64,000 nt of DNA, taken from Deferribacterales bacterium (GTDB lineage Bacteria > Chrysiogenota > Deferribacteres > Deferribacterales > Geovibrionaceae). The position numbers and the translations under genes are program-made. The stretch is from the NCBI GenBank assembly GCA_050251945.1, contig JBFWLW010000005.1:96001-160000 (forward strand). Reading direction: 5' to 3'. Position 1 is the first letter of the stretch, and the number at the start of each line of letters is the position of its first letter. A model generated the notes under the pieces. The model was given only the letters and a program-made list of their open reading frames with translations, did no database searches and was not told the origin of the DNA. This document shows positions 9,470 to 19,070 of this stretch, in pieces.

Positions 9470-12400
9470 ATGATCAATCCGTCTTTATTCAACTGCGTAA
9501 CCAGAACAGATCTCGGTCAGAACCGCTTATCAATGCTGACAAAAAGACACGAGAACATCTTTTCAAAGTACAAAAACGACAACCTTCTCTTTTACAATTT
9601 CGCCGGACTGATGATTAACCATATGCCGGCTAATTTCCTGAGTTTTCTCTCCGACGAAGACCTCGACGGTTTTTTCACCTATCTTTTTAAAATATTTGAC
9701 GGCAGAAAAAAGAAAAAACTTGCTGTTGTTGCGGAAGATCTTGACACCAAGCCGTTCTTTGTGGGCAATTTCAGCCTTGTTTCGATTGTGACTGACGACA
9801 GACCCTTCCTTTACGACAGCGTATGGGCATATTTTCAGGAGAACGAGACCAAAGAGCTTTTCATTCTCCATCCTATCTTCAGCACGGAAAGGGACAAGCA
9901 GGGCAGCCTGACAAAAGTTTCCGAAACGGCTATCGGCTCAAAGAACGAATCGTTCTTTCTGATATTCCTTGAGCATATGGAAGTGCCGCAGCTTAAGAAC
10001 ATAACGAAGAATCTCTCGTCAGTTTACGAGTGTGTGATGGCGGCTGTGGATGATTTTCACCGCATGACGGAGCTTATGCACAACCTTGCCAGCGAACTGC
10101 GCGAGAGCGAACCGGAGGTTTCAAGGTTCATTCACTGGCTTTTACAGGATAATTTCATCTGGCAGGGCGCCAGAGTCATAAACATAAAGACCGAAGACAT
10201 GTCCATGACAAATACGGATATAGGCATCTGTACCCTGTCCGGTGAGAAGCCGGATGCCAAGGCGCTTTTGTCGGTTATTGATGAAGGAAAACTGAACTAT
10301 GTGGACGGACACCCCGTTGTCGTTGATATTTCACTTGAACGATCGAAGGTGAAAACGCGGGGATATCTGAACCGTCTGATGTTCGTTGACAGGCACGGGA
10401 AGTTTTTACGTGTCGTCGAGGTCTTCGGAAAGTTCACATACAAAGGGCGCAAATGTCCTCCGCACGAGATACCAATTGTTCGCGACAAGATAAAACAGGC
10501 TCTTGACCACTTCAATTTCGTCCACGGTTCGCACGATTACAAATGGGTTCGTTCTCTCATAGACGATTTCCCTAAGATAGAGCTTTTCAATTTCAACACC
10601 AAACTTACCATAGAGACCCTTGAGCTTATCCTTACCATGCAGGGTTCGGAACAGATACGCATATGTTATCGGGATTTCAGACCCCTGAACAACCTGTTCT
10701 TCTTCATCGCTCTGCCTTTTGAGAAGTATTCAACCGAGCTTGTCGAGAACCTGCGTGAGTTTCTGGCGGAATTTTTCGATGCGGAGCTTCTTGACACCAG
10801 CATACGCGAGGACGAGCATAAACGCTATTACATGCATTTCCATCTGTTTCTGCGCGATACGGAAACACTTATAAAAACCGACGACAACCTGCTTAAGAAC
10901 AGAATACTCTCCATGCTGCGCACATGGGATGCCAACCTCTACGACCTTCTGCACGACAGACTGGATTCGTCCGATATAGACAGGGTTTACGCCAGATATG
11001 TCGATGCTTTCAGCGAAGTTTACAGGTCGCGCAATAGTCCGGAGGCGGGCTTCGCGGATATTATGTCACTTGAAAGGCTGGAAGGCGTCAAAGCGCGCAT
11101 TTATGCCGAGCATGGGCGTGCAATTCTAAAGATATATGCGCAGTCAAGGTTCCTTCTCACCCAGCTTATGCCCGTTCTGGACAACATCGGGCTTAAGGTT
11201 TATGAGGAGGATACTTTCAGGCTTCAGCTTGAGGACGGCGAACGTTACATAAACGCTGTGTATCTTGCGGATATAGAATATCCCGAAGAGTTCTGCGATA
11301 TGTACAAGGAGAATGTGCCACAGCTTATGGTTCATGTGTTAAGCGGTACGGCGGAGAACGACAGGCTGAACGGGCTTGCCGTCACGGCGTCACTGAAATA
11401 CCGCCAGATAGCTGTTCTGCGGGCGCTTCGCAACTTTATCAGACAGATAGACACCAGCTTCACGCTGATAACACTTACTAACGCTTTTACAAACAATCCC
11501 GACATAGCCGGACTTATCGTGCGGCTGTTCGAGACGAAGTTCGATCCGTCGGTGAAAAAAGCGGATGTTGACGGCATAATACAGATGATAATGCCCATGA
11601 TAGACAGGGTAGTGTCCGCAGCGGAGGACAAGGCTCTGCGGGACTGTGTTCAGGTGCTTGGCGGCATGGTGCGCACAAACTATTACTGCGTGCCGGAGCG
11701 ACCCTATATCTCGTTCAAGCTCAGAAGCCGCGAGCTGGACATCATACCCGAACCGCGCCCGTTGTTTGAGATATTCGTACACTCCGCCCAGATGGACGGA
11801 ATACACCTGCGCGGCGGCAGGGTTGCCCGCGGCGGACTGCGTTTTTCCGACAGACCCGACGATTACCGCACGGAGATTCTGGGACTGGTCAAGACCCAGA
11901 TGGTTAAAAACGCCGTCATTGTTCCTGTCGGTTCAAAGGGCGGTTTCATTGTAAAGACCAGATACAAAGACAGAACGGCAGACAAAGATAACGTAATAGC
12001 TCAATACAAGAACTATATACGCGCTCTGCTGGACGTTACGGACAACATAAAAAACGGAAAAGTTGTGCATCCCGAAAATGTTAAGATATACGACGAAAAG
12101 GATCCTTATCTCGTTGTTGCGGCAGACAAAGGAACTGCGGCGTTCAGCGATATCGCGAACTCCGTTTCCGTTGAGCGCGGCTTCTGGCTGGGCGATGCTT
12201 TCGCGTCGGGCGGCAGTGCCGGATATGACCATAAAAAAGTTGGTATAACAGCCAAGGGTGCATGGGAATGTGTTAAGCGTCATTTCCGCGAGACCGGCAA
12301 AGATATACAAAAAGAGGAATTCACCGTATTCGGAATAGGCGATATGGGCGGCGACGTTTTCGGCAACGGTATGCTTCTGTCAAAAAAGATACTTTTGCTG

Positions 12401-14182
12401 GCGGCGTTCAACCATATGCATATCTTCCTCGACCCCTCACCGGATGCTGAAAAGAGTTTCAATGAACGCAAAAGACTGTTTGCTGTAGGACCTTCCGGTT
12501 CGTGGGCGGATTACGACAGAACGATAATTTCGGAGGGCGGCGGCATTTTTGAACGCTCCGCCAAGAAGATAGAGCTTTCACAGCAGTTACGCACCATGCT
12601 GGATGCCGATAAGCATCACGTTTCCGGCGAAGAGCTTATCGGGTTCATCCTGAGGATGCGGGCGGAGCTGATGTGGAACGGCGGCATCGGCACCTATGTC
12701 AGAGCCACTGCGGAAACCAACTCGCAGGTGGGCGACCCCGCGAACGATTCGGTGAGGATAACATCCCACGAGCTTCGCGCTGTGGTGGTCGGCGAGGGCG
12801 GCAACCTCGGACTCACTCAGAAGGCGCGCATTGAATACGCGGAAAAAGGCGGCAAGATAAACACCGACGCGCTGGATAACTCGGCGGGTGTGGATATGTC
12901 CGACCACGAGGTTAACCTCAAGATAATGTTCTCGAAACTGATGAAGGACGGGGACATGAAGGATTTTGCCGAGCGCAACAGATACATCAAAAAACTCACC
13001 CCGCAGGTGGAGGCGCTGGTTCTGCGCGACAATTATCTCCAGTCGGGCTGTATCAGCATGGCGCAGCGCGGGTATGAATTAAGTCCGGTTATCTATAAAG
13101 AATTTGCCAAACATCTCAGAGACAGGAAGCTTCTGGATTTCAATATCGAGAAGATTGAATTTGTTGATGGTGACAAAACACCCACAAGACCCGAACTGTG
13201 CGTTCTGCTCGCCTATTCAAAGATATTCCTCTACGGCGGGATAGAGCAGGGGCTTAACGTTGAAGACGAACTCGTTAAGCGCGAATATATGAGCTATTAC
13301 CCGGCAGATATGCAGGCGCAGTACGGCGAAAAACTGTACGACCATATTCTGCGCCGCGAAATCGCAGCAACAGTCATCATAAACAGGCTCATAAACCGCA
13401 CGGGTCCGGTGTTCTTCTATGAACTGTACAAGAACAACAATATAGATTTCAGCCGCCTTGTGCATGCTTACATGCTGGCGGAGGATGCGCTTGATCTTAA
13501 AAATATCCGCCTCGAGCTTGAGGCTCTGAACGGAAAAACGGGAACCGAATCTGTTTACACCGCCATGAGCGAGCTTGAAAAGACTATGAAGGTTGCGACC
13601 GTCTGGATTGCCGACGAGGCAAGGTCGCAGAGGGTAAGGGAGCGCAGAGAAGAATTCGGAGAGATAGTAAGGCTTATCCCCAAACATCTTTCCTCCGGAC
13701 TGAAAGAAAACCACGACGCTATGTGTTTGGAGCTTACAGAGGGCGGTATACCGTCTACACTTGCAAAACGCATCGCGGCGGTTCGCTATGCAAAGGCGGC
13801 GTTCGATATCTTCGACATCCATGTGAAGACCGGACGCGCCGTAAGAGACATTCTCACGGCATATTACGAAGCGGATTCAGTTTTTTCAATTACGGAACTG
13901 ACAAGCGGAATAAAATCAGTTAAGATACGAACCGAATGGGAACGGGTGAACATGGAATCCCTTGTGAACCGTCTCAAACAGATACAGAAAAGGACAGCCG
14001 TTTTCCTCTGCGACAGAGGCAGAGCCGGTCTGAACGGTCTGAAAGCTTCCGAAAGGACGTTTTTCGAGAACTATAATGCGTTTCTGATGTCTGTGAGAAG
14101 CAGGGATATCGACAGTCTTGTCCCGTACAACGTTGTTGCGGACATGTTCTCACGCCTTGCGGAGAAGTTCGGAGAAAACTGA
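9470..14182 (+). CDS. Large NAD-specific glutamate dehydrogenase (bacterial 180-kDa type)
   Basis: HLRGGRVARGGLRFSDR, KNAVIVPVGSKGGF, DPYLVVAADKGTA, GIGDMGGDVFGNG, DNSAGVDMSDHEVN. Confidence 0.96.
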   Translation: MINPSLFNCVTRTDLGQNRLSMLTKRHENIFSKYKNDNLLFYNFAGLMINHMPANFLSFLSDEDLDGFFTYLFKIFDGRKKKKLAVVAEDLDTKPFFVGNFSLVSIVTDDRPFLYDSVWAYFQENETKELFILHPIFSTERDKQGSLTKVSETAIGSKNESFFLIFLEHMEVPQLKNITKNLSSVYECVMAAVDDFHRMTELMHNLASELRESEPEVSRFIHWLLQDNFIWQGARVINIKTEDMSMTNTDIGICTLSGEKPDAKALLSVIDEGKLNYVDGHPVVVDISLERSKVKTRGYLNRLMFVDRHGKFLRVVEVFGKFTYKGRKCPPHEIPIVRDKIKQALDHFNFVHGSHDYKWVRSLIDDFPKIELFNFNTKLTIETLELILTMQGSEQIRICYRDFRPLNNLFFFIALPFEKYSTELVENLREFLAEFFDAELLDTSIREDEHKRYYMHFHLFLRDTETLIKTDDNLLKNRILSMLRTWDANLYDLLHDRLDSSDIDRVYARYVDAFSEVYRSRNSPEAGFADIMSLERLEGVKARIYAEHGRAILKIYAQSRFLLTQLMPVLDNIGLKVYEEDTFRLQLEDGERYINAVYLADIEYPEEFCDMYKENVPQLMVHVLSGTAENDRLNGLAVTASLKYRQIAVLRALRNFIRQIDTSFTLITLTNAFTNNPDIAGLIVRLFETKFDPSVKKADVDGIIQMIMPMIDRVVSAAEDKALRDCVQVLGGMVRTNYYCVPERPYISFKLRSRELDIIPEPRPLFEIFVHSAQMDGIHLRGGRVARGGLRFSDRPDDYRTEILGLVKTQMVKNAVIVPVGSKGGFIVKTRYKDRTADKDNVIAQYKNYIRALLDVTDNIKNGKVVHPENVKIYDEKDPYLVVAADKGTAAFSDIANSVSVERGFWLGDAFASGGSAGYDHKKVGITAKGAWECVKRHFRETGKDIQKEEFTVFGIGDMGGDVFGNGMLLSKKILLLAAFNHMHIFLDPSPDAEKSFNERKRLFAVGPSGSWADYDRTIISEGGGIFERSAKKIELSQQLRTMLDADKHHVSGEELIGFILRMRAELMWNGGIGTYVRATAETNSQVGDPANDSVRITSHELRAVVVGEGGNLGLTQKARIEYAEKGGKINTDALDNSAGVDMSDHEVNLKIMFSKLMKDGDMKDFAERNRYIKKLTPQVEALVLRDNYLQSGCISMAQRGYELSPVIYKEFAKHLRDRKLLDFNIEKIEFVDGDKTPTRPELCVLLAYSKIFLYGGIEQGLNVEDELVKREYMSYYPADMQAQYGEKLYDHILRREIAATVIINRLINRTGPVFFYELYKNNNIDFSRLVHAYMLAEDALDLKNIRLELEALNGKTGTESVYTAMSELEKTMKVATVWIADEARSQRVRERREEFGEIVRLIPKHLSSGLKENHDAMCLELTEGGIPSTLAKRIAAVRYAKAAFDIFDIHVKTGRAVRDILTAYYEADSVFSITELTSGIKSVKIRTEWERVNMESLVNRLKQIQKRTAVFLCDRGRAGLNGLKASERTFFENYNAFLMSVRSRDIDSLVPYNVVADMFSRLAEKFGEN

Positions 14183-15483
14183 TGATAAACAAAAAACTGA
14201 TTTGTACGATTATACTTTTTATATTCTGTTTCGGAGGTTATGCTTTGGCGAATGAAACAGCAAAGCTGGATAATAACTTAACGCTTATTTACAAGTACAT
14301 TCCGGGGGTTAAAGTTGTTTCGGTGCAGACATGGATGAGAACTGGCTCTGTTAACGAAACGACTGAAGAGAGCGGAATTTCACACTTTCTTGAGCATATG
14401 GTGTTCAAAGGCACAAAAAAATATAAACCGGGCGAGATAGACACAGTTGTCGAGGGCAAGGGCGGGGTTATGAACGCCGCCACCAGCAAGGATTATACAT
14501 ACTATTACATCAATATCCCCTCATATAACGCGGAAGTAGCTTTTGACACCATAAGCGAAATGGTGTTCCGCGCATCGTTCATTCCAGACGAAATAGAGAA
14601 GGAAAAACCTGTAGTAATTCAGGAAATAAAGATGGGCAAAGACCGTCCCACATCGGGCATGTGGGAGGAGTTTTCAAAAGTTATGTTCAGCGATACTCCC
14701 TACGAGCGGGAAGTGATCGGAACGGAAGATACCGTTAATTCCTTTACACACGATATGCTTATGGCTTACTACAACAGATATTATCACCCTGACAATATGA
14801 CGCTTGTGGTTGTCGGCGACATATCATACGACGAGGTGCTGAAACTCGCAAAAGAATATTACAGCGACAAACGCAGTGTCAAAGCCGGCAAACGGTACGA
14901 CAAGGACGGGCTTACGAAGATTGACAAGCCAGTTGAGCTGTCAGTTAAAAAAGATATAAGTCAGGAATACGGAATCTTAGCCTATCCCGCGGAAGGCATA
15001 TCTCAGATAGACGTTTTTGCAATGGAGATTCTGGGCGAGATACTTTCCGGCGGTGAATTCTCCGTGCTTAACCAGAAATTCAGATATGACAACGATCTGG
15101 CTAACAGTATAAACGGCGGCTATTACGGTCTGAAACACAGAGGCACTTTCCTTTTCACATACAACTGTCAGATAGGTAAGGGCGACGCTGTTAAAGCTGA
15201 AATAATTAAAACTGTAAAGGATATAGATAAGTATCTCACTGACGGGAACATTGAAAAGGCGAAGAACAGACTGAAAAGCCAGACCATGTTCCAGCGCGAG
15301 AAAACGTCAAGCGAGGCAAACGACATCGGATATTCATATACAGTGGAAAAACCCTCATATTATGATAATTTTGTTGAAAATATTAATAAAACAGATAAGC
15401 TTAGTATTGAGAATGCCATAAAAACTATTTTCAAGTCGGAGTATGTCTGGGTCAGAACCATGCCCGACGGAAAAAGTGAGTAG
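14182..15483 (+). CDS. M16 (pitrilysin) family zinc peptidase with N-terminal signal peptide
   Basis: GISHFLEHMVFKGT (HxxEH), NAATSKDYT; hydrophobic N-terminus ending ALA. Confidence 0.93.
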   Translation: MINKKLICTIILFIFCFGGYALANETAKLDNNLTLIYKYIPGVKVVSVQTWMRTGSVNETTEESGISHFLEHMVFKGTKKYKPGEIDTVVEGKGGVMNAATSKDYTYYYINIPSYNAEVAFDTISEMVFRASFIPDEIEKEKPVVIQEIKMGKDRPTSGMWEEFSKVMFSDTPYEREVIGTEDTVNSFTHDMLMAYYNRYYHPDNMTLVVVGDISYDEVLKLAKEYYSDKRSVKAGKRYDKDGLTKIDKPVELSVKKDISQEYGILAYPAEGISQIDVFAMEILGEILSGGEFSVLNQKFRYDNDLANSINGGYYGLKHRGTFLFTYNCQIGKGDAVKAEIIKTVKDIDKYLTDGNIEKAKNRLKSQTMFQREKTSSEANDIGYSYTVEKPSYYDNFVENINKTDKLSIENAIKTIFKSEYVWVRTMPDGKSE

Positions 15484-15485
15484 CC

Positions 15486-18122
15486 ATGAATATTTCCGAC
15501 CTAATTCCCGTTAAACGGGGCGGGCTTCCGGAAACTGTGTGCGATGCACTGGAATCCGGTCTGTCAGACAGTTACCGTATATTTAACCTCTACGGACACA
15601 AGGGAACCGGCAGAACTTATTTCGCTGATTTTCTTAAGAACGATCTTAACCATGAAACCTATCTGGTCATGTATATGGACGCAGAGAAGAGCTGCGCCTG
15701 CTATCCTGAGCAGGGGCTTCTGGAGCTTAGAAACTGCGTTGTCGGTGAGACTGCGGATTTTTTCGCAGTATTTGACATATCCGTCCTTGTGCGCAGTGAA
15801 AAGATAAACGGAAAACTGAAAACAGAGGCGGAGTGTTTTTTTCAAAACAATTCTCCGATGATGTCAGAGGTTATCTCGAAAACTCCTTCAAAGTACACCT
15901 TCACGAGAAGCATGTATGATGAAGTAGGCAAAAGCTTTTCAGAGGACTGGTTCAACAGTGAGGTGCGCCCGAACGTCATAAGCATGTTCAAAGAGGCGAA
16001 CCACATGAACTGGCAGATTTGTCTGGATTGTTTTGCGTCTTCCCTCAAAAAGATAAAAGAAAAAGCGGGACTTCATCCCGTAATCATCATAGATAACGCA
16101 GAAAGTCTTTATCCCGCCTTCGACGGCGGAATGAGCTGGGTGACCAAGCTCGTTGAAAAAGCTGACTGCTCAACTATCATTTACATTTCAGAGGAACCGC
16201 TTCCGCAGGAAAGCTACGGCTATATCTCTCAGGAGATTCAGACTGAGACCTTCACACGGATGGAATCTGACGAATTCTGTAAAAAGAACGGGCTGGAAAG
16301 GGAATCCATGTCGGAACTCATCTTTGAGAATACCGACGGGCACCCTGCGCTGACCGCTTTCAGCCTTGAAACGTATAAACTGATGAAGACCAACGAAGGA
16401 CACGAACCCGGACCCGAGGTGTTTGAAAGCGATCCCCAAAGCATCGTTCACATGAACCTCAGCAGTCTTAAAACCGACGAGTCCACTATGGCAAAGCTTT
16501 TAAGCTGCTGCAGGCTTTTTGACGAAGGACTTTTTAACGCTGTCGCAGGCGAATTCACCACGACGGCTGACAAACATAACCTGTTCAGCGCTTTCATCAC
16601 GCGCAGTTTTGTGAACAGCATGGGCGGCGGATTTTACTGCATCCATCCGCTTTTCTCCATGCACAGTCACTCTGTTCTGGATTCAGACCTGATAGAGAAC
16701 GTTAACTATGCGATCTACCGCTATCACATCGGAGCGGCAGAGAGCAATTGCGAATATAACGACCTGACATATCACATAAAAGAAGCTGTTTACCACGCCA
16801 TGAACGTCATGGAGATAGACGGCTTTGTCGAGTGGTTTTCTTCGCTGGAAAAGAAATTTTTCAGTGTCGAGTTTTTCAACTTCTGGCTGGATATGCTGGA
16901 GATGGCGAAACAGCACATAGCCGGCATCCTCGGGGATACGCATCCGCAGATAGCAGTTTATTTTGATAAACTTGCATTCATGTATCTGAAATCAGGCAGA
17001 CAGCTTTCCGCCGAAAAAGTTCTTCAGGAAAGGCTTTCGGCAGCAGAGGAAAAATCGGGAAAGAACTCTGCCGACGCAGTGCCTTATATGAACAAACTTG
17101 CCAACTTCTATATAGATACAGGCGACTTTTCCGCCGCCGAAGCCATTATGAAGAAGGGACTTGAGATACGCGAGAAGTTCCACGGCAAAAAAAGTCCCGA
17201 CTATGCAGACAGTGTGCTTAAGCTGGGTAAGCTTTACCACATTGCCGGAGACAGGGAAAATGCTCTGAAGAACCTTAACGAAGCGGAAGAGATATACGAT
17301 AAAACTTTGGATGTCAAAGACAATGCACGCCTTGAGGCGGACGAGGTCATGGCGTCGATTTACAGCGCCGCCGGACAGATAGCCAAGGCAGCGCTTATAT
17401 ATCACAAACTCACCACCGTCAGAAACGAAAAAATGGGTCCCATGAGCAAAGAGGCTGTGAAAAGCCTCGGCGATTACGCCCAGATAGTGTTTAAAAACGG
17501 CAATTCACGTAAAGCAGTTAAGCTTTATGAGGATCTCATAACCAAAACAAAAAAGATATACGGCGAAAACAGCCGTATGGCAGCCGCCGCCGCAAACGAC
17601 CTTGCGGTTGCATATCAGAAAGTCAAAGAGTTTGATAAATCCGAAAGCATGCATACGGAAGCTCTGAACATTAAACAGAGTATATACGGGACAAACCACC
17701 CCAGCACCGCCGTTTCATATACGAACTTCGGTCAGCTTAAATATGCGATGGGTGATTTGCGCAATGCGGAACCTTACTACTTCAAGGCTCTTCAGATTTA
17801 TGAAACGGTATTCGGCACGCACCATGAAAAAACAGCCGTAGGGCTTAACAATATGGGATTCATAACATCCCGCATGGGTCAGTTTGACCGTGCGCAGGAA
17901 TACTATGAAAAGGCGCTTGAAATCAAAAAAGAGATAGGTGGCGAAAGGAGCATTTCCGCTGCCGCGGCAATGAATAACCTCGGCGAACTCCTTTACAGGA
18001 TAGGCAAAAAAGAAGAAGCAAAAGAGTTCCTTTCAAGCGCATATGAGATTTATAAAGAGATAATGGGCGAGGATCACGAGTATACCAAGCTGGTGGCGAA
18101 GAATCTTTCAGCAGTAAGTTAA
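15486..18122 (+). CDS. STAND-like P-loop NTPase fused to kinesin-light-chain-type TPR repeats
   Basis: GHKGTGRT (Walker A-like), VIIIDNAE (Walker B), TDGHP; repeated GxxHPxTAxxxNNLG-type TPRs. Confidence 0.8.
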   Translation: MNISDLIPVKRGGLPETVCDALESGLSDSYRIFNLYGHKGTGRTYFADFLKNDLNHETYLVMYMDAEKSCACYPEQGLLELRNCVVGETADFFAVFDISVLVRSEKINGKLKTEAECFFQNNSPMMSEVISKTPSKYTFTRSMYDEVGKSFSEDWFNSEVRPNVISMFKEANHMNWQICLDCFASSLKKIKEKAGLHPVIIIDNAESLYPAFDGGMSWVTKLVEKADCSTIIYISEEPLPQESYGYISQEIQTETFTRMESDEFCKKNGLERESMSELIFENTDGHPALTAFSLETYKLMKTNEGHEPGPEVFESDPQSIVHMNLSSLKTDESTMAKLLSCCRLFDEGLFNAVAGEFTTTADKHNLFSAFITRSFVNSMGGGFYCIHPLFSMHSHSVLDSDLIENVNYAIYRYHIGAAESNCEYNDLTYHIKEAVYHAMNVMEIDGFVEWFSSLEKKFFSVEFFNFWLDMLEMAKQHIAGILGDTHPQIAVYFDKLAFMYLKSGRQLSAEKVLQERLSAAEEKSGKNSADAVPYMNKLANFYIDTGDFSAAEAIMKKGLEIREKFHGKKSPDYADSVLKLGKLYHIAGDRENALKNLNEAEEIYDKTLDVKDNARLEADEVMASIYSAAGQIAKAALIYHKLTTVRNEKMGPMSKEAVKSLGDYAQIVFKNGNSRKAVKLYEDLITKTKKIYGENSRMAAAAANDLAVAYQKVKEFDKSESMHTEALNIKQSIYGTNHPSTAVSYTNFGQLKYAMGDLRNAEPYYFKALQIYETVFGTHHEKTAVGLNNMGFITSRMGQFDRAQEYYEKALEIKKEIGGERSISAAAAMNNLGELLYRIGKKEEAKEFLSSAYEIYKEIMGEDHEYTKLVAKNLSAVS

Positions 18123-18123
18123 T

Positions 18124-18245
18124 TTTACCTTTTATAACACTTCGCATTTCTTCGTTGTCATCAGAAAAATCTTCCTCACATACTTATGTGTATGCTCGTT
18201 GATTTTTCTTCTTCTGCCTTGAACTGCTCGGTTCTAAAAGGTAAA
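18124..18245. repeat. Family B long-hairpin repeat
   Basis: Terminal IR TTTACCTTTTA/TAAAAGGTAAA; arms CTTCGCA..CTTCGTTG / CCTTG..TGCTCG; apical CATAC/GTATG; related copies at 30725, 30851, 39367, 56001. Confidence 0.85.
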
Positions 18246-18311
18246 GAAAATACGCAGTCTTATTTACATAAACAAAAAACCTCTCGGTTTCTGTTTTTGC
18301 ATGAATATTGC

Positions 18312-18349
18312 CGTCTCTGCGAGGAAGCCTCTGGCTGACGAAGCAGTCT
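18312..18349 (+). repeat. Family A palindromic repeat (short)
   Basis: CGTCTCTGCGAGGAAGCCTCTGGCTGACGAAGCAGTCT matches 23649, 39506, 56142. Confidence 0.85.
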
Positions 18350-18395
18350 GAACCGCACAGAATCTACTGAGCAATATATTAATGCTGACAATTTT

Positions 18396-18472
18396 AGATC
18401 GCGTCGTCGCAGTATTCGGCAATAAGTTTAGTGGACTCATTCAGCCTGCGGCTGATGCTCCTCGCGAAGACG
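18396..18472 (-). repeat. Family A palindromic repeat, long variant
   Basis: Reverse complement of 47-126, including GTGGACTCATTCAGCC. Confidence 0.85.
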
Positions 18473-18512
18473 GAAGAGGTCTTCTTTGGTTTTTAATCTG
18501 TTTATAATCAAC

Positions 18513-18540
18513 AAAAAACCCGCTCGGCTGAGCGGGTTTT
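18513..18540 (-). terminator. Rho-independent terminator after the superoxide reductase gene (probably bidirectional)
   Basis: AAAAAACCCGCTC-GGCT-GAGCGGGTTTT. Confidence 0.85.
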
Positions 18541-18563
18541 ATTATTTGCAGTTTAAGCAGTTA

Positions 18564-18950
18564 TCAGAACTTAACGTCTGTTTCGCTTTCCCAGAGACCG
18601 TGGATATTGCAGTATGATGTTGCAATAAGTTTGCCGGGCTGGGTAAGTTTCAGCTTGAAAGTTGAGCAGGGGTCAGCGTGCGCGGGTCCCTGATTTGCGC
18701 CTGCAACAGCTTCGCCGTGCGCCATGTATTCAAACCTTGCAACGTTGATAAGGTTGCCTGTTTCCGGTTTGAAGTAAACTGATATCCAGTTGATAAAGTG
18801 CTCTGTTGTGTTGGGGTGGGCGATCTCTTTACCCACGGAAACCTCAACTGTGAAAGCTTCGCCTGAAACTATTGTTTCGGGCAGTACAAGAACAGGAACG
18901 TGCTTCTCTGATTTGTAATCTGCTGATTTAACAAGTTCTCCGATAGCCAT
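18564..18950 (-). CDS. Superoxide reductase, neelaredoxin / class II SORL type
   Basis: EKHVP, HPNTTEHFI and YCNIHGLW iron-ligand motifs. Confidence 0.93.
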   Translation of the reverse strand: MAIGELVKSADYKSEKHVPVLVLPETIVSGEAFTVEVSVGKEIAHPNTTEHFINWISVYFKPETGNLINVARFEYMAHGEAVAGANQGPAHADPCSTFKLKLTQPGKLIATSYCNIHGLWESETDVKF

Positions 18951-19070
18951 TTCGTCCTCCTGATTTGTTTTAGTTTGACCTTATACCTAATGTTTACCAC
19001 AAGTTTCATATTAAATCAAACCAAAAAAGTCTGATTCAAAATATTTTTTGCTAAAAATTATCTATAAGCT

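Noticed and set aside
18124..18472. CRISPR array interpretation of the repeat clusters
   Set aside because: No regularly spaced identical direct repeats with unique spacers, and no cas genes.
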